In this document: one piece after another, positions 22,601 through 33,608 of the stretch
How the letters are laid out: the number at the start of each line of letters is the position of its first letter
Numbering within the stretch: the first letter of the stretch is position 1
NCBI GenBank assembly: GCA_905178155.1
Contig: CAJINV010000004.1
Coordinates: 3,063,014 to 3,127,013 of the forward strand
DNA: 64,000 nt
Source of the DNA: Amoebophrya sp. A120
Lineage: Eukaryota; Protista; Dinoflagellata
Direction of reading: 5' to 3'
Notes under the pieces: model-generated
What the model was told of the DNA's origin: nothing
Databases searched by the model: none
Seen by the model: only the letters and a program-made list of their open reading frames with translations
Translations under genes and position numbers: made by a program

Positions 22601-25600
22601 GGAACCGCTCGTGCTGCGAGACGGGCGGCACGTCGTTTTCCCCGTAGCCGTTTAACGAATTATCAAAAGTAAAAATGTCTGGGTCTGGAAACTTGTGATG
22701 CTGGGTGGCGTGTCATGATGAGGCTACAAATGCTGGCTCAGCATGACAAGTTTCGAAGCTCCTAGGTGTTGCCTATTCTGCATGACAAACTGCGGCTCTG
22801 CACCAGCACAGAAAGACGGAGCTCGTGGGTAACGTGCATGACAGATTTAAGAGTCATGCCAGACAAGCAAGACAAACATGAATTCTTCCAGACCCAGACA
22901 TTTTTACAGTTGATACGAATAAGCCCCGGACGATTTGATGGGCGCATCCTCCAAGTAGTGCCGTCGCGCGGTTTATGCAATACAAATTTCCCGTACATGT
23001 ACAAGATGCATCAGAAATTTCACCAATCTGGAGCGTGAAACTTGTCATGCTATACTAGGATCGAAGCCAAGTTTTGTCATGCATAGACCGCATTTGTACG
23101 TGTACGGGAAATTTACTGTGGATACGGTTTGGAGCTGCGACCCCAGCGTGGTGTCTGCCTCGCTGTCCCGGGCCTCCCAGATCGTCGGCTGCGTCTGCAG
23201 GTTCACAACGCCGGCTGCCTGCTGCGCCTGCGATTGCTGTGTAGGGACGAAAGGTGGTTGAAAAGACCCGGAAGTACTAGATGGAGGTGCCATCATTTTC
23301 CCTGGAGGTGGTTCCGGGGCATCGCCGTACCTTGGGGAAGGACGGTATCCGCTCCGGGCCGAACCGGGCGGAATCAGCTGAGCGTCGTCTTGCTCTTGCT
23401 GTCCGATCTTTTCGCTCCACGACAAGTTGTTCATTCCTGCTGCTGCTCGTGCGGCCCTACTCGAAGATGCTGCTGCCGTGGCTCCTGCCGCTGCCGAAGG
23501 TCCAGCGTTGCTGAAAGGAGTTGTGCCGGCATTGGGCTGCATCCCGCCGTAGAGTGGCGTTGCTCCCGGAATGAATGCACTACTTCCACCCCCACCGACA
23601 TAATCGCCGCGACTCCCCACGGCCGGGGAATCATAGCCGAGGTTGCTGCCGGGGTAGCTGTCAAACGAGCCAAGTCTGGCTCGGCTACTCCGGACGGAGG
23701 CCGGCGCCGCCGCTCCGCCGCCACCATACACCGCCGCGTAGGAAGGCGCAGGGACGTTCAGCTGCGGAATAGCGGTTCGGCTGGCAATACTAGGACCACC
23801 ACCACTCTGCTGCTGGTGGTTCTGCTCCACTTCTACGGAAATCAGCGGATCCTTGCCTGTTTTCGCCAGAGTTTGGATCCTGCTCTCCAGCGACGCTAAC
23901 TCCTCGGCTAGGTTTCGGTATCGACTGCGCTTCTGCTTCATCTTCTGCGCTTTTGCCGAGGACGCAGTTGTCGCTCCTGCTTTATTGCCGAATTTTTCCC
24001 TGCTGGACGCCATGGCGGTCGCGGCGTCGCACCGGTCGAGAAAAGCTCTGCGCGCCCGCTGCTCCTTCGTGTTCGGCGACAAATCTCGTTCTTCGGCAGC
24101 ATTTGTTCCGCCCGCTGGCGTTCCGCCAGCATTCTGCGGCTGAAAGAGCAGAAGTGGTTTGGCGAACATCGTCGGCGTGAGGTCGGATTCTTCCTCTAGC
24201 TTTTTGATCTTCCGTAACGTTTCCAGCGGCCCGTTTTTGCTTTTGTCCAGCAATCTGAACCACTTTCGCAGCGCCCGCGTTGTCCCGCGTCGAAACCGCC
24301 ACCAGGATTGCAACTTCGCAGCCCGCTGGTGCAGCTCGTGCAGGCGCTTCCGCCGTTTGGGCAGCACGACCTGCAGCCGCCACCACTTCTGGATCAGCCG
24401 CGCATTGCGGTCCCGAATCGCGCTAAGCTTCTGCTTATCCATTGCAAAAACATCGCACTCGTTGTACTAGAAATTGCAATTATTTTCAACGTGTACAGTG
24501 CCCATTTATTTTAAGTACTAGCTGAACTAGCATTACAAATTTCATTTTTCCTTCTAAGAAGTCTGAAAATGCAATAATTCCTCCAACTCCAACAAGAAGT
24601 ACGATACTGTTTTGCAAAAATGCATACTGCTGCAGCTGCTCCACTTTCTGTTTCTTTTTCAGCAGCTCCTTTTTCGTCATCCGCTTCTTTCTCGTGGTTG
24701 GGGGCGCAGGCAGTGGTGGCGCGGCGGTGGTGGTCGCAGCTGCGGCGGTTCCACCATTTCCAGATCCAGTGCCGCCGCCTCCGGTCGATGTCCTTCCCGT
24801 AGTTTTTGAAGATCGAGCTTGTGCTGGCGATTTATTTTGTAGCACCACCGGCACTTCATCAACATCATCCTGTCGACGAGCGGCTGCTGCAGTCGACGAT
24901 TGCGACCCGCCACTGGTGAAGGACCCGGGCGCCGGCTGCAGCGTTGATGTCGGTATTTGACCTGATTCCGCCTGCGTATCGACTTTCATCTTCGCCGATG
25001 AGGATCTACTGCCATTGGTCGGTGCGCTCACCAGCTCAACTGGCGAAGAGAGTTTATTCTGCTGACCCGCAGCGCGTCCTCCGGAGGGGCTACTTCCTGA
25101 AGCTCTGGCTCTTCCCCCGCGTTCTCCTTCGGTCTGAGATCGTAGTACCTCCTTGCCGCTAGGCACGATCTGAGAAAGTTCATCGTCGTCGTCGTGGTTT
25201 ACCTGGGGAGATGACGAGGAACCTCGTGGACCCCCTGGTTCACGACCGCCGCGAGATGATGAATTATAATTACTGCTATTTCTCCCTTGTTGCGCCGCTG
25301 GGCTTTCCACACGGGTCCCGTCGTGCTTGTTTATGTTAACCAGGCGCCGGGGACTGGAGACTTGGTGCGGGAGGTCGGCCGTGGAGACCAGGGCCGTGTC
25401 GGTGTGAATACGATCATCCTCAATCGCATACCCGTTTTCGTCGACAAAGGCTCCCGTGTCTGGGTCCACGAAGTAGCCGTCGCGGTCCACAAAACGGCCG
25501 TCTGAAGGTAATTATTCGTGAGATAATGTGATTATAGGAGTTTGATTTCGGTATTTCTATTTGTGCAGGCAGCAGCTTGATGTTCAGGATCAGGACCGGC

Positions 25601-28315
25601 ACCGGCTCGCCGTGAAGGTACCCGCGTACATACTGCGCAAGCGAAAGAAACAAAAATGCATTTATACATCTTCATCTTTAATATGATCCACAGAAGAAGC
25701 ACAGCCAGCTACGGTTATTCCTGACGAACAGGGCGAGGCAGATCATGAAACAAGAACATCAACAGCAACTCAAGCCTTCGCCTTATACTCGCATCAATGT
25801 AGTTCCCGGTTTTTTTGTCAATCAAGCGGCCCGTGGCGTCACAGGGAATGCCTGCCATGTCGACGAAGCTGCCGTCGGCCTGCTCGAAGATCTCCATGAT
25901 TTGCTCCTCCTCCCTCGGCCGCGTGAGGGAGATTACCGAGCTTTTCGACCCCCGGGCGCCACCTGGAGGACCTCCAGGCGACGACGACTTCGGCGAAGAG
26001 ACGTCTTCAATGCCGCCAGCACCAGATCTTCCTTTCGACGCGCTGCTTGAGGCGGGTACGGATGCCGGGAGGTAGGACACCTGGGGCTCGGGGACGTGGT
26101 AGTGTCCGTGTTTTACATTCGGCTTGTTCGCCGTCTATGCATTGCAAAAGGAATATCGCCCTGGTTCTATTATGAATTGCGTCACAAATCTTCTGAAGTA
26201 CAAAAATGCAATTAGTCATGCAAGTTCAGCTTCAGCTAGAGCGTTGGGTTTATTGTCATGCATGACGGCACTTACTTCGAGTTGTACGATACTTTTGCAG
26301 TGCATACCGTCTTCGAGGGACTCATGGAGGAGTTCTTCCGCGTGCTCGACGAGGACGACGCCCGCTCCTTCGGGGACCGGAGAAAAGCGTTGCCGGAGGG
26401 AGATTTTTTCAACGGAATGACCGTTCCGTCGTCCTCCAGAGTGTAGTAGCCTTCCTCGTCCTCGTAGATTTGGCTGACAATGCTGGTGTTTTCCCGACTC
26501 GCAACGTTGGATGTTGAGCTACGCCGTTTCTTGCTTGCAGAAGATGATGAACTGGTGGGTTCTTGTTGTGGTCCACCATCGTCCTGTTGGTCTTTCTCGG
26601 TATCGCCAACTTCCTCGTCCTCTGTGCAGGAAATTTCGGTGGAAATAAAGTGATCAATCTCATTCGAGATTATGTTGAAGAACCAGAATAATAAAAAGAA
26701 CCGGGTTATTAAACATAGGTCGACGACGACCTCAGCAATCAATCTTCAAAGAGGTGGATGCTGAGCAACTAGTACAAGATTAAGATAATATTAATAGGCT
26801 ATAACTCGTAGTTTGAGGACCATCATCATATTTCTGCCGCGAGCGTGCTGTCCTTTACATTATATCAAAATCAAATACGAACAATACCATCCTCCTGATC
26901 TTCTTGTTCCTCTAACAACGCTCCGTCCTCATCCACCAGTCGTCCATGTTCGTCGACCAGCCGGCCCTCCTCGTCCACAAACCGGCCATGCAGGTCCACA
27001 AAGTTTCCGTCTTCGTCAATGTAGCGGCCATCTTCGTCCACGTAGCGGCCCTCGGCGTCCACAAACCGACCCGTTTCGTCGATGAACCTTGATCGTTGGT
27101 AGATTGGTGTGTTGAGAAGTGGTCAGGTGGTCGAAGATACAGATACTCCTGATAGTACTAGTAGGTGTTAACACCGATGAGAAATCTGATTCTCGTGTTT
27201 GAAACAAGACGAAAGTAGTACGTGCTGGGTTCGTTCTTTCACGTGCTCGACAAGTATAATCATTTTCGTTCAAAGGTAAATCAAAAACCCTAACCCACCT
27301 CCCGTCGGCGTCGATGAATCTTCCTTCCGCGTCTATCAGCCGCCCATCGGCGTCCACCAGGTGTCCGTCGGCGTCCCGGAGGTGGCCGTCTTCGTGCTCA
27401 TAGATCTCCAACGGCCCGGCATCCTCGACTTCGTCGGGGTGTAGGTCTTCGCCCTCGGCACGGAGGACGGAGTCTACTTCCTCATCTCCGGCTGGAGCCC
27501 CTCCAGCTGGCGTACTAGTGCCGTCGTCGTCTTGTTCCTTTGTACTGTACAGAAACGCTTGCTTGTAATTGTAATTATGAACAATTTGACCACTTTGTTG
27601 AGCAGTATTGTTCATCTGCCGGTAGTTGTAGTTCTTCTTCTGCTGCTGTAATGCGGACTCGGCGGCCTTGCGGATCAGGGAATTCCTGGTCGTACCGTTT
27701 TTGCGGTTCCACTCGGGTGAGCTCGCGAGGTCGTCCGAGGTTTCCTCCTCCACAATGTCCAGGTGGTAGCTATTGATGGCCGTGGACGTCGGTGGAACAT
27801 TAAACGTCGCGGCGCCAACATTCAGTACCGTACTTTCTGTCCCCGCGGTCCCAGTGCTCGAAGATGACACAACACCTCCGGTTGGTCCTCCGGCGGGTAC
27901 AAAAAGCGTCCTGCTACTGTTCTTGTGCGTCGTCCCTGCAGGAACAGAGGAACTACTAGAAGTTTGCAGCTCTGCGGTGCCAAGTGAGGGTGCTGGAGGT
28001 GGCCTCGCGGAAGTTGTAGAAGAACTTGTGCCTGTGGTCGAGGATCCGCCGGCAGTTGCAGCTGCTCCTCCTGCGCTCAAACTTCCTAGTCGCTCCTCGA
28101 TCTTTCGCGACAACTTCTCCCGCCGCTCCTGCAGTTCGCGGAATCGTATCCAGGAAAAAACACCCATCCCCATCCAATTTGTCATGCAAAATATGCATAA
28201 ACTCCAGTGCTTGTCATGCAAAAAAATGGATGGGGACGCGTGTTTTCTCCTGGATAAACCGCTCGCTCAGGCTAGGCCGCTCCGGGGACACGGATTCAAC
28301 GCGCAGATGAGCCAT
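19684..28315 (-). CDS. Very large multi-exon protein with DxxGRx[VI] heptad repeats and IQ-like motifs
   Basis: Starts MAHLRVESVSPERPSLSER|FRELQ at 28315; exons join in frame across 8 TIR elements; repeats DADGRLIDAEGRFIDADGR; IQ-like LIQKWWR and KLQSWWR; ends ...LSRGSDKYN*. Some junctions (about 20150-20320, 21715-21850, 26640-26880) were not resolved exactly. Confidence 0.7.
19818..20029. mobile_element. Introner-like TIR element (family F-like)
   Basis: TIR tatcgcaagaaaaaactgcttcaatgtg / cacagtgaaacagttttttcgtgggata; flanks cagca/cacca. Confidence 0.87.
20477..20741. mobile_element. Introner-like TIR element family A
   Basis: TIR tatcaaatgtagaagtgtctgg / ccagacacttttacatttgata; perfect TSD ggttt; junction REKKP|FLKR. 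Confidence 0.93.
20839..21004. mobile_element. Introner-like TIR element family B
   Basis: IR ttcccgtacatgtac / gtacgtgtacgggaa; flanks gctgc/gctgt; close relative of 22974-23124; junction NPYYS|YANST. Confidence 0.92.
22661..22915. mobile_element. Introner-like TIR element family A
   Basis: TIR tatcaaaagtaaaaatgtctgggtctggaa / ttccagacccagacatttttacagttgata; perfect TSD cgaat. Confidence 0.93.
22974..23124. mobile_element. Introner-like TIR element family B
   Basis: IR aaatttcccgtacatgtacaa / ttgtacgtgtacgggaaattt; perfect TSD cggtt; junction QLQT|ARRHY. Confidence 0.93.
24436..24626. mobile_element. Introner-like TIR element family D
   Basis: TAT..ATA ends, perfect TSD ctgct; junction EQLQQ|KLSAIR. 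Confidence 0.9.
26136..26306. mobile_element. Introner-like TIR element family D
   Basis: tatgcattgcaaaag / cttttgcagtgcata; perfect TSD ccgtc; junction PSKT|ANKP. Confidence 0.92.
28147..28256. mobile_element. Introner-like TIR element family E
   Basis: tatccaggaaaaaacac..tccccatcc / ggatgggga..gtgttttctcctggata; flanks aatcg/aaccg. Confidence 0.9.
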
Positions 28316-29755
28316 CTTCAACTTCAACAACAGACGGCAAGGGCAGGAGCTGCTGCGCCTTGGCTGCTCTTATGTTCTTCTTGTCATGGTCAACATGAAC
28401 AACAAGAACAAGACACCAACATCACTACACGCTGCATAAGCAAGATGTACGCTTTATGATTGAAGAGCAACATCTCAGTGAGATTCAGGTTGCGACGAGA
28501 AAGCTACAAGGACTGTATGGCCGGATAATTCTTCATCTCGCGAACGGTCGAGCAGCTCGAGAACCTCCAAATGCGAGGACTACTACATTGCAAATAACCA
28601 GTGGAGCTACTACCACGTACGACGTCGTCGAAAAGCATAGCAAAACCGATTCTTTCGAAGGACAAGCGAGACGAGGGCTACTACGTACAACAACTTAAGT
28701 AGTGCGTTTACCGCAAGCTGGCGGGACTACTTTCAACAACCTGTATTTGCACTCGACGCAAAAATCCTCCTCTCGATGTCGCACAGCACGTGCTGATGCA
28801 GCTGTAAGGCGAGCAACAAAGCCGGAATCAACATGTGGTACCACAAGCTGCAACATCAGGAACATACCACGTATATAAAGTGTCGTGATTGGTACAGGGC
28901 AAAAATGGACCATACCTCATCAAGGATAGTGCAGCTCAAGGACCACTCTTTCATCCTCCTACGAGTTGTTTTATGTGTTTTTCCATTGTGTTATTTCCAA
29001 TGGTTCAATGTTGAAGATTTTCCTGCTCGTACAGCACGACGGCAGGCTGGAAGCGAGTACAACGGGGACCACACGGACGAGGTGCTCTAGTGGCGTCCTC
29101 CACGGGGTGAACATCGTCCGATTCTGACTTTTCTTTTGATCGCACTCGGACCACTCGGGTAGAAAGGAAAATTCGGAAATCAAGATGCACGTTCATGAAG
29201 TTCAGGTTGGAAAATTTCTCCTCAGCAGCGCTAGAAGTAGCGCAACCCCGACGCTAATTAATTGCAGTTGCACCTTCCACTTCCTGCGGACACCACAAAA
29301 TGCGCATCAAGTTGCTTCTGACGCTGACGTGACTCGCAGTCCTCACGCCCAGAAGTTCGCGACTGACATCGCAACCGTTTTCGTCGTGGCATGGAGCACT
29401 TTTTTCATCGCCTCTTGAGGAACCACTCTTCTCCGTCTCCCCGTTCTTTGCCTTGGGTGACCAGCTCGACGGGCGACTCGGTTTATTTCGGTCATCAAGA
29501 AGAAGTAGAAGTTGCTCGGTATATCAACCTCCCCTCACAGCTGCCGGCGCTGCAGCCGGGTCTGCTATCCGGCACACTGCTGAAAGCGCAGCGCAGGTAA
29601 GAAGTTCCTCAGAAGCGAAGCATACCTTCAGATTTCCGGAGTAGCCCGAGATCGCACTACAGAAGCTCGTTTTTCTATCTCACAAAGTTTCCGGCCCGGC
29701 GGTCTGAGAGCTATTCGAAAGCTTGGCTCTTGCCCTGCTCCCAGCGTGAAAGGGT

Positions 29756-30181
29756 TTATGAAGATGCGCGCGCGTTTTGCCGCCGATTTCTTGTCGCCCC
29801 CCCTGGTCCAGCACCCATAGCGATATCTGCGCCGAAAGAGCCAACATTTCCAGCCGTTCTGCTGGTTCTCTGCTTCGAGGAGTTCTTGTGCTGTTTGGGT
29901 TCCTTGTCCGAGAAAATTTCGCGCAAGATTGGAACTTTGCTCAACGACAGTTGCCATGCGAGCCACCAGACGAAGCTCAGAAAGCCGAAGAACAGCGCCA
30001 CCGCCAGGATAAAACCGGATAACGACGAAGAACTACCTGAGCTGGCGCCGAGGGCAGCGGCGGTGGCAGCTCCGCCGATGGAGCTTGGTGGGGAGGTGGA
30101 CGAGGAACCAGGACTCGCATTGTCTTCTTGTTGGGTGCCGTGAGCAGACGAGGAGACAGACGAGGGAGGCGGTTGCGGCAT
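29756..30181 (-). CDS. Small single-pass membrane protein
   Basis: 141-aa ATG ORF with TM segment GFILAVALFFGFLSFVWWLAWQL followed by SKVPILREIF. Confidence 0.6.
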   Translation of the reverse strand: MPQPPPSSVSSSAHGTQQEDNASPGSSSTSPPSSIGGAATAAALGASSGSSSSLSGFILAVALFFGFLSFVWWLAWQLSLSKVPILREIFSDKEPKQHKNSSKQRTSRTAGNVGSFGADIAMGAGPGGATRNRRQNARASS

Positions 30182-30373
30182 TTGGGTTTGGGTTCTTCTT
30201 CTTTATTCTTGTCGGGTGGTATGGAAGATGTCGAAAAAATTATCGAGTACTCATTTTTTCACTGATAGACATAGTTGAAGCTCTTGTCAGGGAGCCACAA
30301 CCACACGGATGATGTAAAAAGAATACTAAACGAGGCTCGTCTACTTACCTAAACCTAATATACGAGGCTCATC

Positions 30374-30544
30374 TACTTACATATCTTTTGCCACATCAGA
30401 AGCTGCGTTTTTGTATGACAAGAGAGGCAGCGACTCTTGTTGGTCATGCAACACAGATTTGGTTTTGGATTTCAGACGAATGCACGACCAACATTAAAAG
30501 TTCCGACTTTCAAAGAAACCCAGACATATTTTTTGCAATTGATA
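30374..30544. mobile_element. Truncated or degenerate family A element (one intact end)
   Basis: Right end cccagacatattttttgcaattgata followed by tcatc; tcatc also at 30369-30373; left TIR not recognisable. Confidence 0.5.
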
Positions 30545-31043
30545 TCATCTGTGCGCCTTCTCTCACGCAAGAAGCAACACAATGACGGGCCGAGGCCGAC
30601 GCAAAATGATGTAGTATCAGAGGCGAACACTCGACCAGCATTTTGTTCGCGTGGTGAATCAAGTGAATACAACCACAGCGGCTGCAACTCGAACGAGCTA
30701 CGACGGACAGGCGCTTTCGTTTTTTCCGTGAGTAGTTGGTTTTCCGTGAGTAGTTGATGATGATGCTCGCAGCTTTCTTCAAACGTAGACGTCGTGCGGT
30801 CTTTAGAAGCTGCACGTGGGAACTAATGCAACTGTACACAACAGATACAGATACAGATACAGAGCGAAGCAATAATCTGCGAAGACCAACCGGAGTGAAA
30901 ACTCTCGCTGTGCCTCTAAGAGTGCTAGAGCGATAGCTTAGCTCAGGTTCAAAGCTAGTACTGCAGGTCTCCTTTTTCTACTGACAGCGTACCTTTTCGC
31001 TTTGCCCATTGGAGGTCTTGGACTTGGAACGGTCATGGTCAAG

Positions 31044-31885
31044 CTTTAGCTTTAGATAGGTGGTGACTGGCGGGGCCTCTTACCTCAACCCTCGATAGAC
31101 AGACGCCGGCTTAGATCTTTTCGCGAACTGGCACACGACTAGGAGGAGGCAGTGTGGTCGCCTCTCTGATGTGAGCGCACGCCTTTACCGCCCTAAGCCC
31201 CGAGCTATAGACAAGTTTCTACAAAAATGACCTGTGACATTGTTTCTACCGACGCTACTATATACTTATGTAAAAACCCTAAACCCGTCTGTCTGCCCCC
31301 GAATTCGGGCTCAAAACTGAAGTCGCGCACTCGCAACTCTCCAGAACTTCTTTTAAAATATAAGTACTTCATTTGTTGAATCGTTCAAGTGTGTTGTTAA
31401 TCCGTTCCGTTGATAGATAACGTGGTCAGCTGCACGCGATTAAAAAAATGCAAATTCTGTTAACGGTTAATACTTTAGCTTTAGATAGGTGGCGATTGGC
31501 GTTGCCTCTTACCCCAACCCTCGATAGACAGACGCGGCCTGACATCTGTTCGCGAACTGGCACACGACTAGGAGGGGGCAGCGTGGTCGCCTCTCCGACG
31601 TGAGAGCACGTCTTTACCCTACACCCGGAGCTATATACAAGTTTGTTTCTACGAAAATGATCTGTAAAATTGTTTCTACCGACGCCACTACATATGTAAA
31701 AATCCTAAACCCGTCTGTCTGCCCCCACCCTATTTGGGCTCAAAACTGAAGTCGCGCACTCGCAACTCCCGACGAGAACTTCTTTTTACGTATAACTTCA
31801 CTTGTTGAATCTTTCAAGTGTCGTGTTAGTTCGTTGATAGATAACGTGGTCAGCTGCACGCGATTAAAAAAATACTAATTCTGTT
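31044..31885. repeat. Two-copy tandem direct repeat, period about 429 bp, non-coding
   Basis: Copies start ctttagctttagataggtgg at 31044 and 31473 and remain alignable through cagctgcacgcgattaaaaaaat...ttctgtt; no ORF of 60 aa or more. Confidence 0.92.
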
Positions 31886-32123
31886 CCCTATCGTACATCA
31901 TATGTGCACCTCATGGTCGGATGAAGAAAAAATAGGAGGATGAAGAAAAAAATCGAGCGAGGCGAGCGAAATCTCTCGGCGGCCTATGAAGGACATTCCA
32001 GTGGCCAGCCGAAGTCCAACACAGTAGGGCTTTTTTTTTATTTTCTGAAAAAAAATCGAAAAGTGCTGGTGAGTGTGCGTTTTCGGTTTTCATGTCCGCG
32101 TCCAAAAAATCAGGAGACGAGGT

Positions 32124-33608
32124 TTATTTTTCACAAGACGGGGCTTCGGATGGACTCCCACTCCACCATTGACCTTCTTGAAATGTACCCCCAGTTCCAG
32201 AACCATCTTCCGCCCCCACTTCCAGATCATTTCCGAAGCCTTCGACAAAGCTGGCCCTGGCCCTTGCCGCTGTATCACTCCCATTAACCCGAGTCCTCCA
32301 CCGGTTCTCTTCTGGGATGCGATGGATGGGCTCCCACGGGTCCCCCCGGTCTTCATACGCTCCGGGTCTTCCCGCTTCTTGCTGCGTCTGCCCATCTCCT
32401 GGACGGCCATGTCCTGCACGCGGCGCTTCAGGGCGTGGGAAGCATTTCTGTACTCTACGACGCATGATCAGAGCCTCGTCGCGGCTGTTTGCGACGGTAG
32501 CAGGCGGAGCATCAGCATGGGTATGGAGAGGCCGTTGCGGTGGCCCCCTGCGTTGCCGCAGCTGCGATCTGACGTCAGCAGGTGGCGCATCAACATGGAC
32601 AGGGCCACCCACCTCGCGGCCGACGAGACCTCCCAGACGAGACGACGAAGCAGCAGCAGCGCCCGGAGCCGGCATGTCAGAACGTTGCGACATGTCGTTA
32701 GCGTTTTGCTGCGCAGTTGTATCATGAACGGGCTTCGACGCTCCTTGCAGGGCCAGAGCATCTCCTTCCGGAGCAATTTCTTGCGACCGACCTCCGGGCG
32801 GACCTCCATCCTGGCCCTCGGTGGAGGCGGAGAGCTTCCGCTGCTCGATGCGTCGGCCATTCTCAAGCCAGGCTTCGACAGCCGCTTCGACAGCCTTGAG
32901 AAGCCGAGCTAAGACTTCAGGATCTTGTCGCCGAGCAGGTTCAAGTTGACGGACCATGTCCTCGAAAAAACCTTGGCAGAATGAGGACCTTTTCTTGACA
33001 CTGCCGCGGAGCAGCTGAGGTCGGATATCAGGATGTTGTCGCCCAGCAGCTTCAAGTTTGCGGACCATCTCCTCGCGCCAAAGCCGGCATAATGCAGCAT
33101 CGTGACGGCAGAATTCAGTATCTTGACGGCAGATTTCAGCATGTTGACGGGCCATCTCGTCGAATCGTCGGCCCATCTGCTCGTCGAAATGACGGCCGGA
33201 CTCGTCGAGCTTGCGACCTCCCCGAGATGACGAGGCAGCGCGCGGCGGCGCCGCCGTATCAGGCCGTTGCGGTGGCCCCCTGCGTTGCCGCAACTGCGAT
33301 CCGACGGCAGCAGGCCGCGGCGCACCAACATGGCTGTGGCTATACACCTCGCCGACGGCGAGACCTCCCAGACGAACCGACGAAGCAGCGGCAGCGTTAG
33401 CGCTTCCCTGGTGCGCAGCATAAGGAAGGGGCTGCGACAGTCCTTCTCCTTGCGGAGCTGGAGGAGCACCTCCTTCCGGAGCACCTTCTTGCGACCCGTC
33501 TCGTCCTGGCGGATCTCCATCCTCCTGGCGGTGGCGCAACATGAAGATAAAAAGCGCCCCACCCGCTAGCGCGACCTGCTCAGAAGACCACACGACCAGC
33601 GCTGACAC
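32124..33608 (-). CDS. Intronless hypothetical protein with internal duplications (true start possibly ATG 33542)
   Basis: 494-codon ORF; AAAASSxRLGGL...SQLRQRRGPPQRP occurs twice; EEMVRKLEAAGRQHPDI / EDMVRQLEPARRQDPEV in tandem. Confidence 0.6.
   Translation of the reverse strand: MSALVVWSSEQVALAGGALFIFMLRHRQEDGDPPGRDGSQEGAPEGGAPPAPQGEGLSQPLPYAAHQGSANAAAASSVRLGGLAVGEVYSHSHVGAPRPAAVGSQLRQRRGPPQRPDTAAPPRAASSSRGGRKLDESGRHFDEQMGRRFDEMARQHAEICRQDTEFCRHDAALCRLWREEMVRKLEAAGRQHPDIRPQLLRGSVKKRSSFCQGFFEDMVRQLEPARRQDPEVLARLLKAVEAAVEAWLENGRRIEQRKLSASTEGQDGGPPGGRSQEIAPEGDALALQGASKPVHDTTAQQNANDMSQRSDMPAPGAAAASSSRLGGLVGREVGGPVHVDAPPADVRSQLRQRRGPPQRPLHTHADAPPATVANSRDEALIMRRRVQKCFPRPEAPRAGHGRPGDGQTQQEAGRPGAYEDRGDPWEPIHRIPEENRWRTRVNGSDTAARARASFVEGFGNDLEVGAEDGSGTGGTFQEGQWWSGSPSEAPSCEK

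Noticed and set aside
31725-31745. Resemblance of ccctatttgggctcaaa to the dinoflagellate spliced leader (CCGTAGCCATTTTGGCTCAAG)
   Set aside because: Several mismatches, not conserved in the other repeat copy, and no following GT donor.
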